The notes under the pieces are model-generated. The model was not told where the DNA came from and made no database searches. It saw nothing but the letters and a program-made list of their open reading frames with translations. Positions 43,475 to 52,742 of a DNA stretch of 64,000 nucleotides are shown piece by piece (the stretch's first letter is position 1; every line of letters starts with the position of its first letter). The stretch spans positions 5,909 through 69,908 of the forward strand of contig JAALKB010000002.1 of NCBI GenBank assembly GCA_011088265.1. Direction: 5' to 3'. The position numbers and the translations under genes were made by a program. The stretch is from Gammaproteobacteria bacterium. Its GTDB lineage: Bacteria; Pseudomonadota; Gammaproteobacteria; Arenicellales; Poriferihabitantaceae.

Positions 43475-43929
43475 ATCAACCCCAACTCCAAACGCGCCGC
43501 TTCACTAATATTATTCTGCGTCCACGCTGGTTCCCAGACCAATTCAACGGCAGCGCCGTCGATACCCGGCACCAATGTGACTGATCGCTCAACCAGACCG
43601 GGGAACGAATGTGCCACGGGGCAACCTGGCGTAGTCAACGTCATATCCACCTCGGCGAAACTGCCTTTGATTTCCACACGATAGATCAATCCAAGATCAT
43701 AAATATTTACTGGAATTTCCGGGTCATAAATTGTTTTTAGGGCCGCTATCACGCGATCCCTCAAGTCAGTCTCAGAAGGCGGATTTGAGTCATCGTCTGC
43801 ATCCGCACCTATCCCGGCCAGTGCTTCATTTAGCGCTTCGTTGTCCTCGGGTGAATTTCCTTTATGAAATTGTTCCATTAAACTGGATTTTGCAGCATTC
43901 GGATCCGGATTAAAATTTACTCTCTTCAT
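43471..43929 (-). CDS. sufT: SufT-like Fe-S assembly protein (DUF59/MIP18 family)
   Basis: Motifs V..AL..IYDPEIPVNIYDLGLIY and MTLT.PGCP are present. Confidence 0.72.
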   Translation of the reverse strand: MKRVNFNPDPNAAKSSLMEQFHKGNSPEDNEALNEALAGIGADADDDSNPPSETDLRDRVIAALKTIYDPEIPVNIYDLGLIYRVEIKGSFAEVDMTLTTPGCPVAHSFPGLVERSVTLVPGIDGAAVELVWEPAWTQNNISEAARLELGLI

Positions 43930-43944
43930 AAGGTCCTCCGCCGT

Positions 43945-45264
43945 TTACTGATCGTCAATTAGCTGATTGGATAACATTGATTCCAACAATGTCTTAAGCG
44001 GTTCTATCTCGATTTCATTTAGAACATCATTTACAAACGCAAACGTTAAAAGCGATCTCGCGTCCGATTCACTGATCCCCCTGGTTCTCAAATAGAATAG
44101 GGAAACATCATCAATTTGTCCTACTGTCGCACCATGGGAGCATTTCACATCATCGGCATAAATTTCCAGCTGCGGTTTTGTGTCAATCTCAGCATTCCGT
44201 GATAGTAGCAAAGTATTGTTGCTTTGCTGTGCATCTGTTTTTTGTGCGTCGCGCTCTACCTTAATGCGTCCATGAAACACTCCTCGAGACCGTTGGTTTA
44301 AAACCCCTTTATATAATTCATTACTGGTACAGCCCGGTGCACCATGCACCATGGTTGTGTGATTATCGACATGTTGCTTTCCACTAAGGCTGTAGAGACC
44401 AAACATGTCGCAATGGGCGCCAACGCCCAACATTCTGGACTTCAGCTCATTCCTAACTAGCGCCCCTCCTAATGTAATCGTTCGGCAACTGAATCGACTT
44501 TCACTGGCCTGGGTCGCCCAAATACCACTCACCTGGCAAGCTTCGCTCGACTGCCCCTGGATAAGGTAATAGTCAACCTCCGCTCCGTGTTCGAGCACTA
44601 CCTCGCTCAGGCTATTGGTCAATGAAGCACCCTCTCTAACGGATAAATATCGTTCCATGATCTGCCCTTTGCATCCCTCCCGGGCGATGATGAGATTACG
44701 CGGCTGGGCTAGCGATTCCCCACCGGCACTCAGAAACAATAGCTCAATGGGCTTTTCAAGAGCAACATTCGACCCAAGCTCAACAACAACACCGTCCTTT
44801 GAAAACGCTCGATTCAATTCAGTAAAGCCATGGGATTCTTCCGTTTGCTCAAGATCAAAATGATGCTGAATTGAATCGGGTCGCTCATTCAGCACGTTCG
44901 CCATGGAATCTACCCGAACTCCGTCTTCTGGAGAAATGTCACTGAGACCAGTGCGTAGTACGCCATCCACGAAAACCAGTCGATAGCTGTCCAGTCCTTC
45001 AATTAGATGCTGATCGGAATTCCACAGATCCGGTTCTACTGGCTGAGAAGCATCAATTGCAGAGAACTCCCTGCTCGTAATCGGGCGAACTGAGGTATAG
45101 CGCCAGTCTTCTTCCCGGGTTGTTGGAAAGCCTGTCGTTTTGAAACGGGACAAACGGCTATGGCGATAAGCCTTTATCCATTCAGTGCCCTGCCCGGGCA
45201 AGTTCTCAGCAAGTCTGTGGTATTGCCGGGCATAGTATTCTGTTATCTCAGTCATACCGGTCAC
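43945..45264 (-). CDS. sufD: Fe-S cluster assembly protein SufD
   Basis: A beta-helix SufB/D-family C-terminus (L..A.ID..P.LEI.ADDVKC.HGAT.G) is present, and the gene follows sufC. Confidence 0.85.
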   Translation of the reverse strand: MTGMTEITEYYARQYHRLAENLPGQGTEWIKAYRHSRLSRFKTTGFPTTREEDWRYTSVRPITSREFSAIDASQPVEPDLWNSDQHLIEGLDSYRLVFVDGVLRTGLSDISPEDGVRVDSMANVLNERPDSIQHHFDLEQTEESHGFTELNRAFSKDGVVVELGSNVALEKPIELLFLSAGGESLAQPRNLIIAREGCKGQIMERYLSVREGASLTNSLSEVVLEHGAEVDYYLIQGQSSEACQVSGIWATQASESRFSCRTITLGGALVRNELKSRMLGVGAHCDMFGLYSLSGKQHVDNHTTMVHGAPGCTSNELYKGVLNQRSRGVFHGRIKVERDAQKTDAQQSNNTLLLSRNAEIDTKPQLEIYADDVKCSHGATVGQIDDVSLFYLRTRGISESDARSLLTFAFVNDVLNEIEIEPLKTLLESMLSNQLIDDQ

Positions 45265-46016
45265 GCAGCATCCGCCTGTGATTCAATCCACCCATATCCT
45301 TTCTCCTCAAGCTCCAGAGCAAGGGACTTATCGCCGGATCGGATGATCACCCCTCCCGCTAACACATGCACGTAATCAGGAACAATATAGTCAAGTAAAC
45401 GCTGATAGTGGGTCACCAGTATCATGGATCTTTGGTCGTTCCTCAACGCATTGACCCCGTGGGCTACAATTTTTAAGGCATCAATGTCCAAACCGGAATC
45501 GGTTTCATCAAGAATACTCAGATGGGGCTCCAGCAATGCCATTTGCAGAATTTCATTTCTTTTTTTCTCCCCCCCAGAAAAGCCTCCATTTACCGATCGG
45601 TAAAGGAATTCCTGTTTCATTTCAACCAGTGCCGCTTTTTGCTTAATGAGTTTCAAAAAGCTCATCGCATCAAGCTCCTCTTCACCGCGATGTTTCAGGA
45701 CCGCATTGATAGCAGCCTTTAACAAATAGACATTTGTCACTCCAGGGATTTCTACCGGATATTGAAACGCCAGAAAAACACCTTCTCTCGCACGAATTTC
45801 GGGTTCCATATCGAGCAGGTCCTGGTCCCGGTAGGTAACACTCCCCGAAGTAACTTCATAGTTATCCCTTCCAGCTAACACGCTGGCCAGTGTGCTTTTT
45901 CCCGAACCATTAGGCCCCATGATGGCATGAATTTCACCCGGATTCACTTCCAGATTAATTCCTTTGAGTATCTCTTTACCATCAACAGTAGCGTGTAAAT
46001 CTTTGATTGATAACAT
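45261..46016 (-). CDS. sufC: Fe-S cluster assembly ATPase SufC
   Basis: Motifs [23 protein letters not shown] and [13 protein letters not shown] are present. Confidence 0.95.
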   Translation of the reverse strand: MLSIKDLHATVDGKEILKGINLEVNPGEIHAIMGPNGSGKSTLASVLAGRDNYEVTSGSVTYRDQDLLDMEPEIRAREGVFLAFQYPVEIPGVTNVYLLKAAINAVLKHRGEEELDAMSFLKLIKQKAALVEMKQEFLYRSVNGGFSGGEKKRNEILQMALLEPHLSILDETDSGLDIDALKIVAHGVNALRNDQRSMILVTHYQRLLDYIVPDYVHVLAGGVIIRSGDKSLALELEEKGYGWIESQADAA

Positions 46017-46087
46017 CGTTGAATAGACCTTTAATTAATTTTCTTTAAAAATGTACAGATTTATGTTTATTTTTTGCGCTCATTACT

Positions 46088-47539
46088 TTAACCGACAGAG
46101 CCTTCCAAACTGATTCCAAGCAATTTTTGCGCTTCTACAGCGAACTCCATGGGCAGTTCCTTGAAAACTTCCTTACAGAAACCATTTACGATCATCGATA
46201 CAGCATCCTCTTCTGACATGCCGCGTTGCCGACAATAAAATAGTTGATCCTCACCGATACGAGAAGTCGTTGCCTCATGTTCTACCACCGCGGTAGGGTT
46301 CTTAATCTCCATATAGGGAAAAGTATGCGCACCACACTTGTCTCCCATCAAAAGCGAATCACACTGAGAATAGTTACGTGCGTTTTCCGCTCCCTTCAAA
46401 ACTTTCACCAGACCGCGATATGAATTCTGCCCACGCCCTGCGGAAATTCCCTTGGAAATAATGGTGCTTTTGGAGTTCTTCCCAATGTGCACCATTTTGG
46501 TTCCTGTATCTGCTTGCTGGCAGTTGTTGGTCAAAGCCACGGAGTAAAACTCTCCGATGGAGTCATCCCCCTCCAATAGGACACTAGGATACTTCCAGGT
46601 GATAGCAGAACCGGTTTCCACCTGGGTCCATGAGATTTTGGAACCTTCTCCTTTACAGGCCCCTCTCTTGGTCACAAAGTTGTAGATGCCCCCTTTACCG
46701 TCTTCGTCACCGGGATACCAGTTCTGGACTGTTGAATACTTGATTTCAGCACCTTTCATCGCGACCAGTTCAACCACTGCGGCGTGCAATTGATTCTCGT
46801 CTCTCATTGGTGCAGTACAGCCCTCCAGATAACTAACATAGCTATCTTCGTCGGCGACAATTAACGTGCGTTCGAATTGCCCGGTGTTCATGGCATTGAT
46901 TCTAAAATACGTAGACAACTCCATGGGGCAGCGAACTCCCTTGGGAATATAAACAAAAGAACCTTCGCTAAATACTGCGGAGTTCAGTGCCGAATAATAG
47001 TTGTCACTGGCGGGAACAATTGAGCCCAGATACTGCTTTACCAACTCAGGATAATCCTTAACTGCCTCGGACAATGGGCAAAAAATGACCCCGGCCTCAG
47101 AGAGGGTTTTCTTGAAAGTTGTGACCACAGAGACACTGTCGAATACCGCATCCACCGCCACTTTGACACCTGCGAGTACTTTTTGCTCATCAACGGGGAT
47201 ACCGAGTTTTTCGTAAGTTTCCAACAATCTGGGATCTACTTCATCCAGACTGTCGAGTAACTGTTTTTGCTTTGGTGCAGAATAGTAGCTGATATCCTGC
47301 AAATCAATGGGGGCATAATGAAGATGGGCCCATTCCGGAGTTTTCATCTCGAGCCAGCGGCGATATGCTTCCAAACGCCACTGCAAAAGGAACTCTGGTT
47401 CATCTTTCTTTGCAGAGATCACTCGAATAACATCCTCGTTCAGCCCTGGGGGCAAGGTATCTGCATCGATATCAGTAACAAAACCCTCTTTATATTCACG
47501 CTGAACCAGTGATGTGAGTTCTTTTTCAGTACTAGTCAT
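46088..47539 (-). CDS. sufB: Fe-S cluster assembly scaffold SufB
   Basis: N-terminus [11 protein letters not shown], plus the C-terminal EHEA..S.I.EDQLFY...RG. The start is chosen at MTSTEKE, which has a GGAGA Shine-Dalgarno sequence. The ORF opens at 47608. Confidence 0.93.
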   Translation of the reverse strand: MTSTEKELTSLVQREYKEGFVTDIDADTLPPGLNEDVIRVISAKKDEPEFLLQWRLEAYRRWLEMKTPEWAHLHYAPIDLQDISYYSAPKQKQLLDSLDEVDPRLLETYEKLGIPVDEQKVLAGVKVAVDAVFDSVSVVTTFKKTLSEAGVIFCPLSEAVKDYPELVKQYLGSIVPASDNYYSALNSAVFSEGSFVYIPKGVRCPMELSTYFRINAMNTGQFERTLIVADEDSYVSYLEGCTAPMRDENQLHAAVVELVAMKGAEIKYSTVQNWYPGDEDGKGGIYNFVTKRGACKGEGSKISWTQVETGSAITWKYPSVLLEGDDSIGEFYSVALTNNCQQADTGTKMVHIGKNSKSTIISKGISAGRGQNSYRGLVKVLKGAENARNYSQCDSLLMGDKCGAHTFPYMEIKNPTAVVEHEATTSRIGEDQLFYCRQRGMSEEDAVSMIVNGFCKEVFKELPMEFAVEAQKLLGISLEGSVG

Positions 47540-47760
47540 TTGTTTTCTCCAGTAAGTGCGGTGCCCTGCAACCCAATTCCATAACTGGCAGAGACCCATG
47601 CCTGGCAAAAAAACGCTATTTCTGCATAAGAGGAAAAAGCTGGAATATTCAGCTTGATAGGGCCAGATAGGGAATCAGGAAAAAATCGCATATATTTGGT
47701 ACGGATTATTAGCAATTAAAATTTGGTGTGTTACGACAATACAAACACATCAGAGACAGT

Positions 47761-47802
47761 TCTTTGTCAACTAATCTTTGTCAAATAATCTTAGTCAACT
47801 AA
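47761..47802. repeat. 14-bp tandem repeat x3 (tctttgtcaactaa / tctttgtcaaataa / tcttagtcaactaa) at the iscR stop, upstream of sufB
   Basis: Read directly. On the coding (minus) strand the first copy in transcription order carries TTGACT and the other two carry TTGACA. Confidence 0.85.
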
Positions 47803-48281
47803 CCTTGAATCATGGAGGAGGAAATACTTGGCACATCAACCTGCTGATTGTTCACTCGGGAAACCCCGGAGGAACTAATACCACTTCGACGCATAAGCTC
47901 TCCCAAATGAATACCATCAAGAAAAAGATAGAGCTGATCACTTAACTCGCTCCATAAATCATGGGAGAGACAGGGTTTACCATTGTGGCAATTTCTCATT
48001 CCATCACATTCCGTAATGTCGAGAGGCTCATCAACAGCCACGATAATCTCAGCCATGGTAATTTGGTCAACGTCTCTCGCCAGCATATATCCTCCACCTG
48101 GCCCCCGTGATCCAACAACCAGCTTGTTCTTTCGCATTTTTGCAAACAATTGCTCAAGATAGGAAAGAGAAATACCCTGATTTTCAGATATGCTCTTGAG
48201 CGATACAGGGCCTTTAATTTGATTAATCGCAAGATCAATCATGGCCGTCACAGCGTATCTACCTTTGGTTGTGAGTCGCAT
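47799..48281 (-). CDS. iscR: Rrf2-family Fe-S regulator IscR
   Basis: N-terminus [17 protein letters not shown], plus the Cys-x5-Cys-x5-Cys cluster-ligand spacing ([14 protein letters not shown]). Confidence 0.85.
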   Translation of the reverse strand: MRLTTKGRYAVTAMIDLAINQIKGPVSLKSISENQGISLSYLEQLFAKMRKNKLVVGSRGPGGGYMLARDVDQITMAEIIVAVDEPLDITECDGMRNCHNGKPCLSHDLWSELSDQLYLFLDGIHLGELMRRSGISSSGVSRVNNQQVDVPSISSSMIQG

Positions 48282-48353
48282 AATTGAAGGAATATTGCCT
48301 GAAATAACGAGAAGATAACGGGCATCCAGAACATTTTCAGTGCCACCCGTTTA

Positions 48354-48378
48354 ATTCCCGAGTATTTTAGTTGGTTTT
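48354..48378 (-). promoter_or_regulatory. Candidate type-1 IscR binding site upstream of iscR
   Basis: The minus strand reads AAAACCAACTAAAATACTCGGGAAT. The right half, TACTCGGGAAT, matches the E. coli iscR-promoter half-site as I recall it. Overall the site fits ATASYYGACTRWWWYAGTCRRSTAT with a few mismatches. It lies 73-97 nt upstream of the start codon. Confidence 0.45.
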
Positions 48379-48676
48379 TTATTCTGCCACAAGATTTACC
48401 AGACAATAATCGTGATGTTGAGTCAATCATATTGGATATAATCAATTGTACTGACACTCCATTGGAGATAGATGGAGCGCTTATTTGTTTTCCACTAATC
48501 CAGACGCCACCACTGAAACCCAGCGGATCGACCGCCTGTCACCCTGCCCTTGAAAACTGTCCATCAATATCAATAAAATGGGTAAATGTAGCGATCAATA
48601 CATCAAAGCAACTATCTAAAATTCTCAAAACAAAACTCAAGAGAAGCAATTAGCCATACACTGCCAGGGAGGCAAA

Positions 48677-50392
48677 ATGGAAGATGAAAGGAACCTTCAA
48701 CCGACCCCAACCATACTATCGGGGTTAGGTCGCAGGATGTTGGAAAACCGGATGTTATCAAACGATGACATCCATGCCCTGCATCGATCTTCGGCTAAGG
48801 AAGGACACTCCTTTTACCACCACGTATGGATCAAAAAGGCCATCCCACATGCTCAACTGATTGAGCTTGCTTCCCTGGAATTTGGCTTACCCATAGTCGA
48901 CATGGATTCGTTAAACCTGGAAGCGATTCCTTTGGCTCTTATTCCGTTTTCCCTGATAGAAAAACATCGTGCGCTGCCAATTTACCAACAGGGTCATATT
49001 CTCTATCTTGCTGTTGGTGATCCACAGAATAACCAGGGAATCGATAACATCCGCTTTACAACCGGGTTCGCCATTCATGCTATTTTATGCGACAGGGAGA
49101 AACTCTCCAGACTCATTGCCCAGATATCGTCCAATAGAGCAGACAAAAGGCCGGATTTATTACGTCGCCCGGAGCCACCCAAACCAACAGATTGGTTCAA
49201 CCTTTCCCAGAGCACTAACAAACCATCCGATACCTCTGTGGTCAGCTTCGTCGATGAAATGCTCAACAAAGCCATCAGCAGTTGTGCATCAGATGTCCAT
49301 ATCGAGCCCTACGAATCCCATGCCCGGATTAGGTATCGAATTGATGGCTTACTGTATGAAATTGCCAACATCCCATTAGCAACCTCAAATCGTATCGCCG
49401 CCAGGCTTAAAATTCTGGCTGATTTGAATATCGCAGAAAAACGACTACCTCAGGATGGAAGAATGAAACTACCTCTGTCCACACTACACATAGTGGATTG
49501 CAGAGTCAGCACTTTACCCATGCTGTTTGGTGAAAAAGTGGTGGTGCGAATACTTGATGGCACGAAATACAATATGACCCTCGAAACCATTGGTATGAAC
49601 AGCGTTCAACTCCAGCATTATCGCCATGCCGCGAACCAACCCTATGGAATGATTCTTGTCACCGGTCCGACAGGGAGTGGGAAAACCATTAGCCTCTATG
49701 CTGCATTGGCAGAACTCAATACACCGGAAAGAAACATTTCCAGCGTCGAAGACCCGGTAGAGATTTTCGTCGAGGGTATTAATCAGGTAAATGTTAATAC
49801 AAAGTCTGGACTCACCTTCGCCAATACGCTAAGGGCACTCCTCCGACAGGATCCCGATGTCATCATGGTCGGGGAAGTTCGAGATTCGGAAACAGCGGAA
49901 ATTAGCATAAAAGCAGCCCAGACCGGCCATCTTGTACTGTCCACGTTACACACCAACGATGCCCCTGGAGCGTTGGTCCGACTTTTGAATATGGGAATTG
50001 CCCCCTTCAATCTTTCATCTTCAATCAATCTTGTCGTTGCCCAACGACTAATCAGGCGATTATGCCTAGCCTGTCGCAAACCTGTGGAATACCCGAATAA
50101 GGTGCTCATCAATGCCGGATTCGATCCTTCGGAAATACCGTCGTTCCAGCTATATCGTCCTCCGGAGACCGGAAGTTGTACCGACGGCTTCCGAGGGAGA
50201 ACTGGAATATTTGAAGTGATGCCCATTTCTTCGAAAATATCCGAGCTCATCATGTCAAAGGGAGACGTCGATTCCATTATCCGACAGGCGAGACTTGAAG
50301 AGGTAGAAACGATGAAACAAGCTGGCCTTGCCAAAGTAGCCGAGGGCATTACGGCTCTGGAGGAAATAGAAAGAGTAACACTGGATTCGTAA
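48677..50392 (+). CDS. pilB: Type IV pilus assembly ATPase PilB (GspE family)
   Basis: An N-terminal T2SSE_N domain, Walker A GPTGSGKT, the Asp box, Walker B ImVGEvRD and the His box are present. Confidence 0.9.
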   Translation: MEDERNLQPTPTILSGLGRRMLENRMLSNDDIHALHRSSAKEGHSFYHHVWIKKAIPHAQLIELASLEFGLPIVDMDSLNLEAIPLALIPFSLIEKHRALPIYQQGHILYLAVGDPQNNQGIDNIRFTTGFAIHAILCDREKLSRLIAQISSNRADKRPDLLRRPEPPKPTDWFNLSQSTNKPSDTSVVSFVDEMLNKAISSCASDVHIEPYESHARIRYRIDGLLYEIANIPLATSNRIAARLKILADLNIAEKRLPQDGRMKLPLSTLHIVDCRVSTLPMLFGEKVVVRILDGTKYNMTLETIGMNSVQLQHYRHAANQPYGMILVTGPTGSGKTISLYAALAELNTPERNISSVEDPVEIFVEGINQVNVNTKSGLTFANTLRALLRQDPDVIMVGEVRDSETAEISIKAAQTGHLVLSTLHTNDAPGALVRLLNMGIAPFNLSSSINLVVAQRLIRRLCLACRKPVEYPNKVLINAGFDPSEIPSFQLYRPPETGSCTDGFRGRTGIFEVMPISSKISELIMSKGDVDSIIRQARLEEVETMKQAGLAKVAEGITALEEIERVTLDS

Positions 50393-50404
50393 CACGAGAT
50401 TAGG

Positions 50405-51619
50405 ATGATGAAAAACAGTAGACGGATTTATGACTGGTCCGGATTTAACCAGGAAAATAAAGTTCTGCAGGGATCTATTCAATCAGCCAGCCTTCGATCC
50501 GCAAAAATTGATTTGTTGGCCAAAGGAATCAAGATCCAGACAATCCAAAGAAGGCACAAACCAATTTTCAGCCTCACGCCCGCAGTTAAACAGGAAGACA
50601 TACTTTTCATCTCCCGGCAACTGGCTGTAATGACTACGGTTGGCATCCCTTTATCCAATGCCCTGGGAAGTATTGCCAAGGGGAGCGGAAAAAAATCGGT
50701 CGTCTATTTACTCACCTCCATCCGATCTGAAATTGAAGCCGGCATGAATTTAAGTGCAGCACTTGAACTCCACTCCAGTCACTTCGACAGGTTATACATT
50801 GGGATGATAGGTATCGGTGAAGAATCAGGTACTCTCGATACCGTTATGGATCGAATTGCTACCCATATGGAAAAAAGCCGTCATTTAAAGGACAAAATAA
50901 AATCCGCCTTGTTTTATCCTGCACTAGTGATGGGGGTAGCAGTTTTGATCATCACTCTTTTGCTCATTATTGTGATTCCCGAATTTGAAAAACTATTTTC
51001 TGGATTCGGGGAACGACTACCAGCAATGACCCGATACGTCATACTTTCATCCCAAATGATGAGAGAACATGGGTTTTTGCTTATTGTCTCCCTATTGCCT
51101 GTCAGTTTCTTCATCGCGTTTTTCTATCATCGGTCTGACTCTTTTCAAAAAAGAATGGACCTATTTCTTTTACATGTTCCGGTTTGTGGAAAGCTGCATC
51201 AGAAATCCGTAATTGCCCGTATCGCTTCGACGCTATCAATAATGTCCGGCGCCGGAGTTCCTTTAACTTATGCGCTGGAAACGGTATCTCAAGCCACAGG
51301 AAGTCGGATATACACCGATGCGCTACTGGAAATCAAAAGGGAAATTTCAAATGGTAAAACCCTGGCATCCTCAATGGAAAGTTCCGGACTCTTTCCAGCG
51401 ATGATCTTGCAAATGGTATCAACAGGCGAAGAATCTGGAGAGTTGGAGGTAATGCTGCAGAAAATAGCGGAATTCCACGAACAGGAAATCGACGTTAGTA
51501 TTCACTCTATGGGACAACTGATTGAACCGATCTTGATCATCGTCCTTGGGGTCATCGTTGGCGCTATCGTAATCGCCATGTATCTCCCGGTGTTTCAATC
51601 CGGATCAGTTTTCCACTGA
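50405..51619 (+). CDS. pilC: Type IV pilus platform protein PilC (GspF family)
   Basis: Two GspF repeats are present (GE.SG.LD....R.A twice: IGEESGTLDTVMDRIA and TGEESGELEVMLQKIA), along with three transmembrane segments. Confidence 0.9.
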   Translation: MMKNSRRIYDWSGFNQENKVLQGSIQSASLRSAKIDLLAKGIKIQTIQRRHKPIFSLTPAVKQEDILFISRQLAVMTTVGIPLSNALGSIAKGSGKKSVVYLLTSIRSEIEAGMNLSAALELHSSHFDRLYIGMIGIGEESGTLDTVMDRIATHMEKSRHLKDKIKSALFYPALVMGVAVLIITLLLIIVIPEFEKLFSGFGERLPAMTRYVILSSQMMREHGFLLIVSLLPVSFFIAFFYHRSDSFQKRMDLFLLHVPVCGKLHQKSVIARIASTLSIMSGAGVPLTYALETVSQATGSRIYTDALLEIKREISNGKTLASSMESSGLFPAMILQMVSTGEESGELEVMLQKIAEFHEQEIDVSIHSMGQLIEPILIIVLGVIVGAIVIAMYLPVFQSGSVFH

Positions 51620-51637
51620 CGCATATGTACTGAATCC

Positions 51638-51665
51638 ACGGGATTTTTCGCTCTAAAAATCCCGT
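51638..51665. other. 11-bp-stem hairpin after pilC (acgggattttt-cgctct-aaaaatcccgt)
   Basis: Read directly. No T-run follows the stem, so it is a non-canonical terminator at best. Confidence 0.5.
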
Positions 51666-51711
51666 TCCTGGCAAGGGCCCAGCAAGAGCCAGGCATGAAA
51701 AGTTACTTACT

Positions 51712-51747
51712 GCCATGGATATAGCATAGGTATGGCATATCCATGGC
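51712..51747. repeat. Perfect 11-bp inverted repeat gccatggatat-N14-atatccatggc
   Basis: Read directly. It lies in the pilC-coaE spacer. Confidence 0.85.
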
Positions 51748-51790
51748 ATGAGCATAACACGGGCATGATAACCACACCTTTCCATGGCTA

Positions 51791-51835
51791 TTCTCCATGA
51801 GAACTCCCCATGAGAATTCTCCATGAAAATTCTGG
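51791..51835. repeat. Imperfect 13-bp tandem repeat x3.4 (ttctccatgagaa / ctccccatgagaa / ttctccatgaaaa / ttctgg)
   Basis: Read directly. It is part of a run of CATGA-containing motifs between about 51694 and 51826. Confidence 0.8.
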
Positions 51836-52011
51836 TTCTCCCACTACTGGGATTTTGTACCAGTTAACTGCTATCATCACTAAACGGGCCGCACCTAGGT
51901 GACGAATCCACTTACACCCTTTCCCATCTTCTCAGGTAGATCGGTTCATAGGATGACAGATTATCTGTTTATTACTTCCCGAAATTCTCCCATACGATAG
52001 AATAATCGACC

Positions 52012-52611
52012 ATGGTTGCAAAAATAGGCCTCACAGGAGGAATTGGCAGTGGCAAATCCACAGTGGCCAACTGTTTTCGTAGGCTCGGTATCTATGTAGT
52101 GGATGCGGATCAAGTATCCAGAGCGCTGATGCAATCCGGCACTCCCCACTACAACAGCATCGTTGATCACTTTAGCCCATCCATTCTTCTGGAGTCCGGA
52201 GAAATCGACCGAAAAGCCTTGGGAGTCAGGGTTTTTAATAACAACTCAGAACGAGTATTTCTCGAAGAATTACTCCATCCCGCAATTCGAAAAAAGATGC
52301 ATGAACTGGTGGAAGAAAATGCCGGTACTTATGGCATCCTGGAGGTTCCATTGCTCATTGAAGGTGGACAACATAAACGCATGGATCGAGTCCTGGTTGT
52401 CACCTGCCCCAGAGCAATGCGGATAGAGAGACTAGTTAAAAACCGTAATATGTCTATCGAGATGATTGAGAAAGTGATGAATACCCAACTCACGGATGAA
52501 CAAAGGGCAATGCATGCTAGCGAGATCATCAGCAATAACCGGCCTATTGCTGAAACTGAGTCAGAGGTAAAAATCATCCATGAAAAATACCTCGCCATGT
52601 TTGGTGGCTAA
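52012..52611 (+). CDS. coaE: Dephospho-CoA kinase
   Basis: N-terminus IGLTGGIGSGKST, and the usual position after the pil genes. Confidence 0.9.
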   Translation: MVAKIGLTGGIGSGKSTVANCFRRLGIYVVDADQVSRALMQSGTPHYNSIVDHFSPSILLESGEIDRKALGVRVFNNNSERVFLEELLHPAIRKKMHELVEENAGTYGILEVPLLIEGGQHKRMDRVLVVTCPRAMRIERLVKNRNMSIEMIEKVMNTQLTDEQRAMHASEIISNNRPIAETESEVKIIHEKYLAMFGG

Positions 52612-52742
52612 CCTGCCCAGCTGTTAATCCAGATTTAGTTTTTTAACCACGGCAGATCCCATGCCGTCTAGCTCAACGTCAAAGTTTCTGTCGGTCTTTG
52701 CCGAAGAAAACGGGCAGCAATCCAGGCTACCAAGCAGCCTTA

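Noticed and set aside
47540-47608. A 23-codon N-terminal extension of sufB. Analogous upstream extensions occur for ftsA (62561-62683), panB (19606-19683), the porin (25600-25656), rsmD (32064-32168) and ftsZ (61241-61258).
   Set aside because: Homology to the respective families starts at the internal Met chosen in the feature table, which has better Shine-Dalgarno spacing or better signal-peptide logic.
51564-51824. An 86-aa minus-strand ORF in the pilC-coaE spacer, considered as a possible pilD remnant or novel small protein.
   Set aside because: The sequence has no PilD-like transmembrane or aspartyl-protease motifs. Its apparent periodicity simply reflects the CATGA tandem repeats, and it overlaps the 3' end of pilC.
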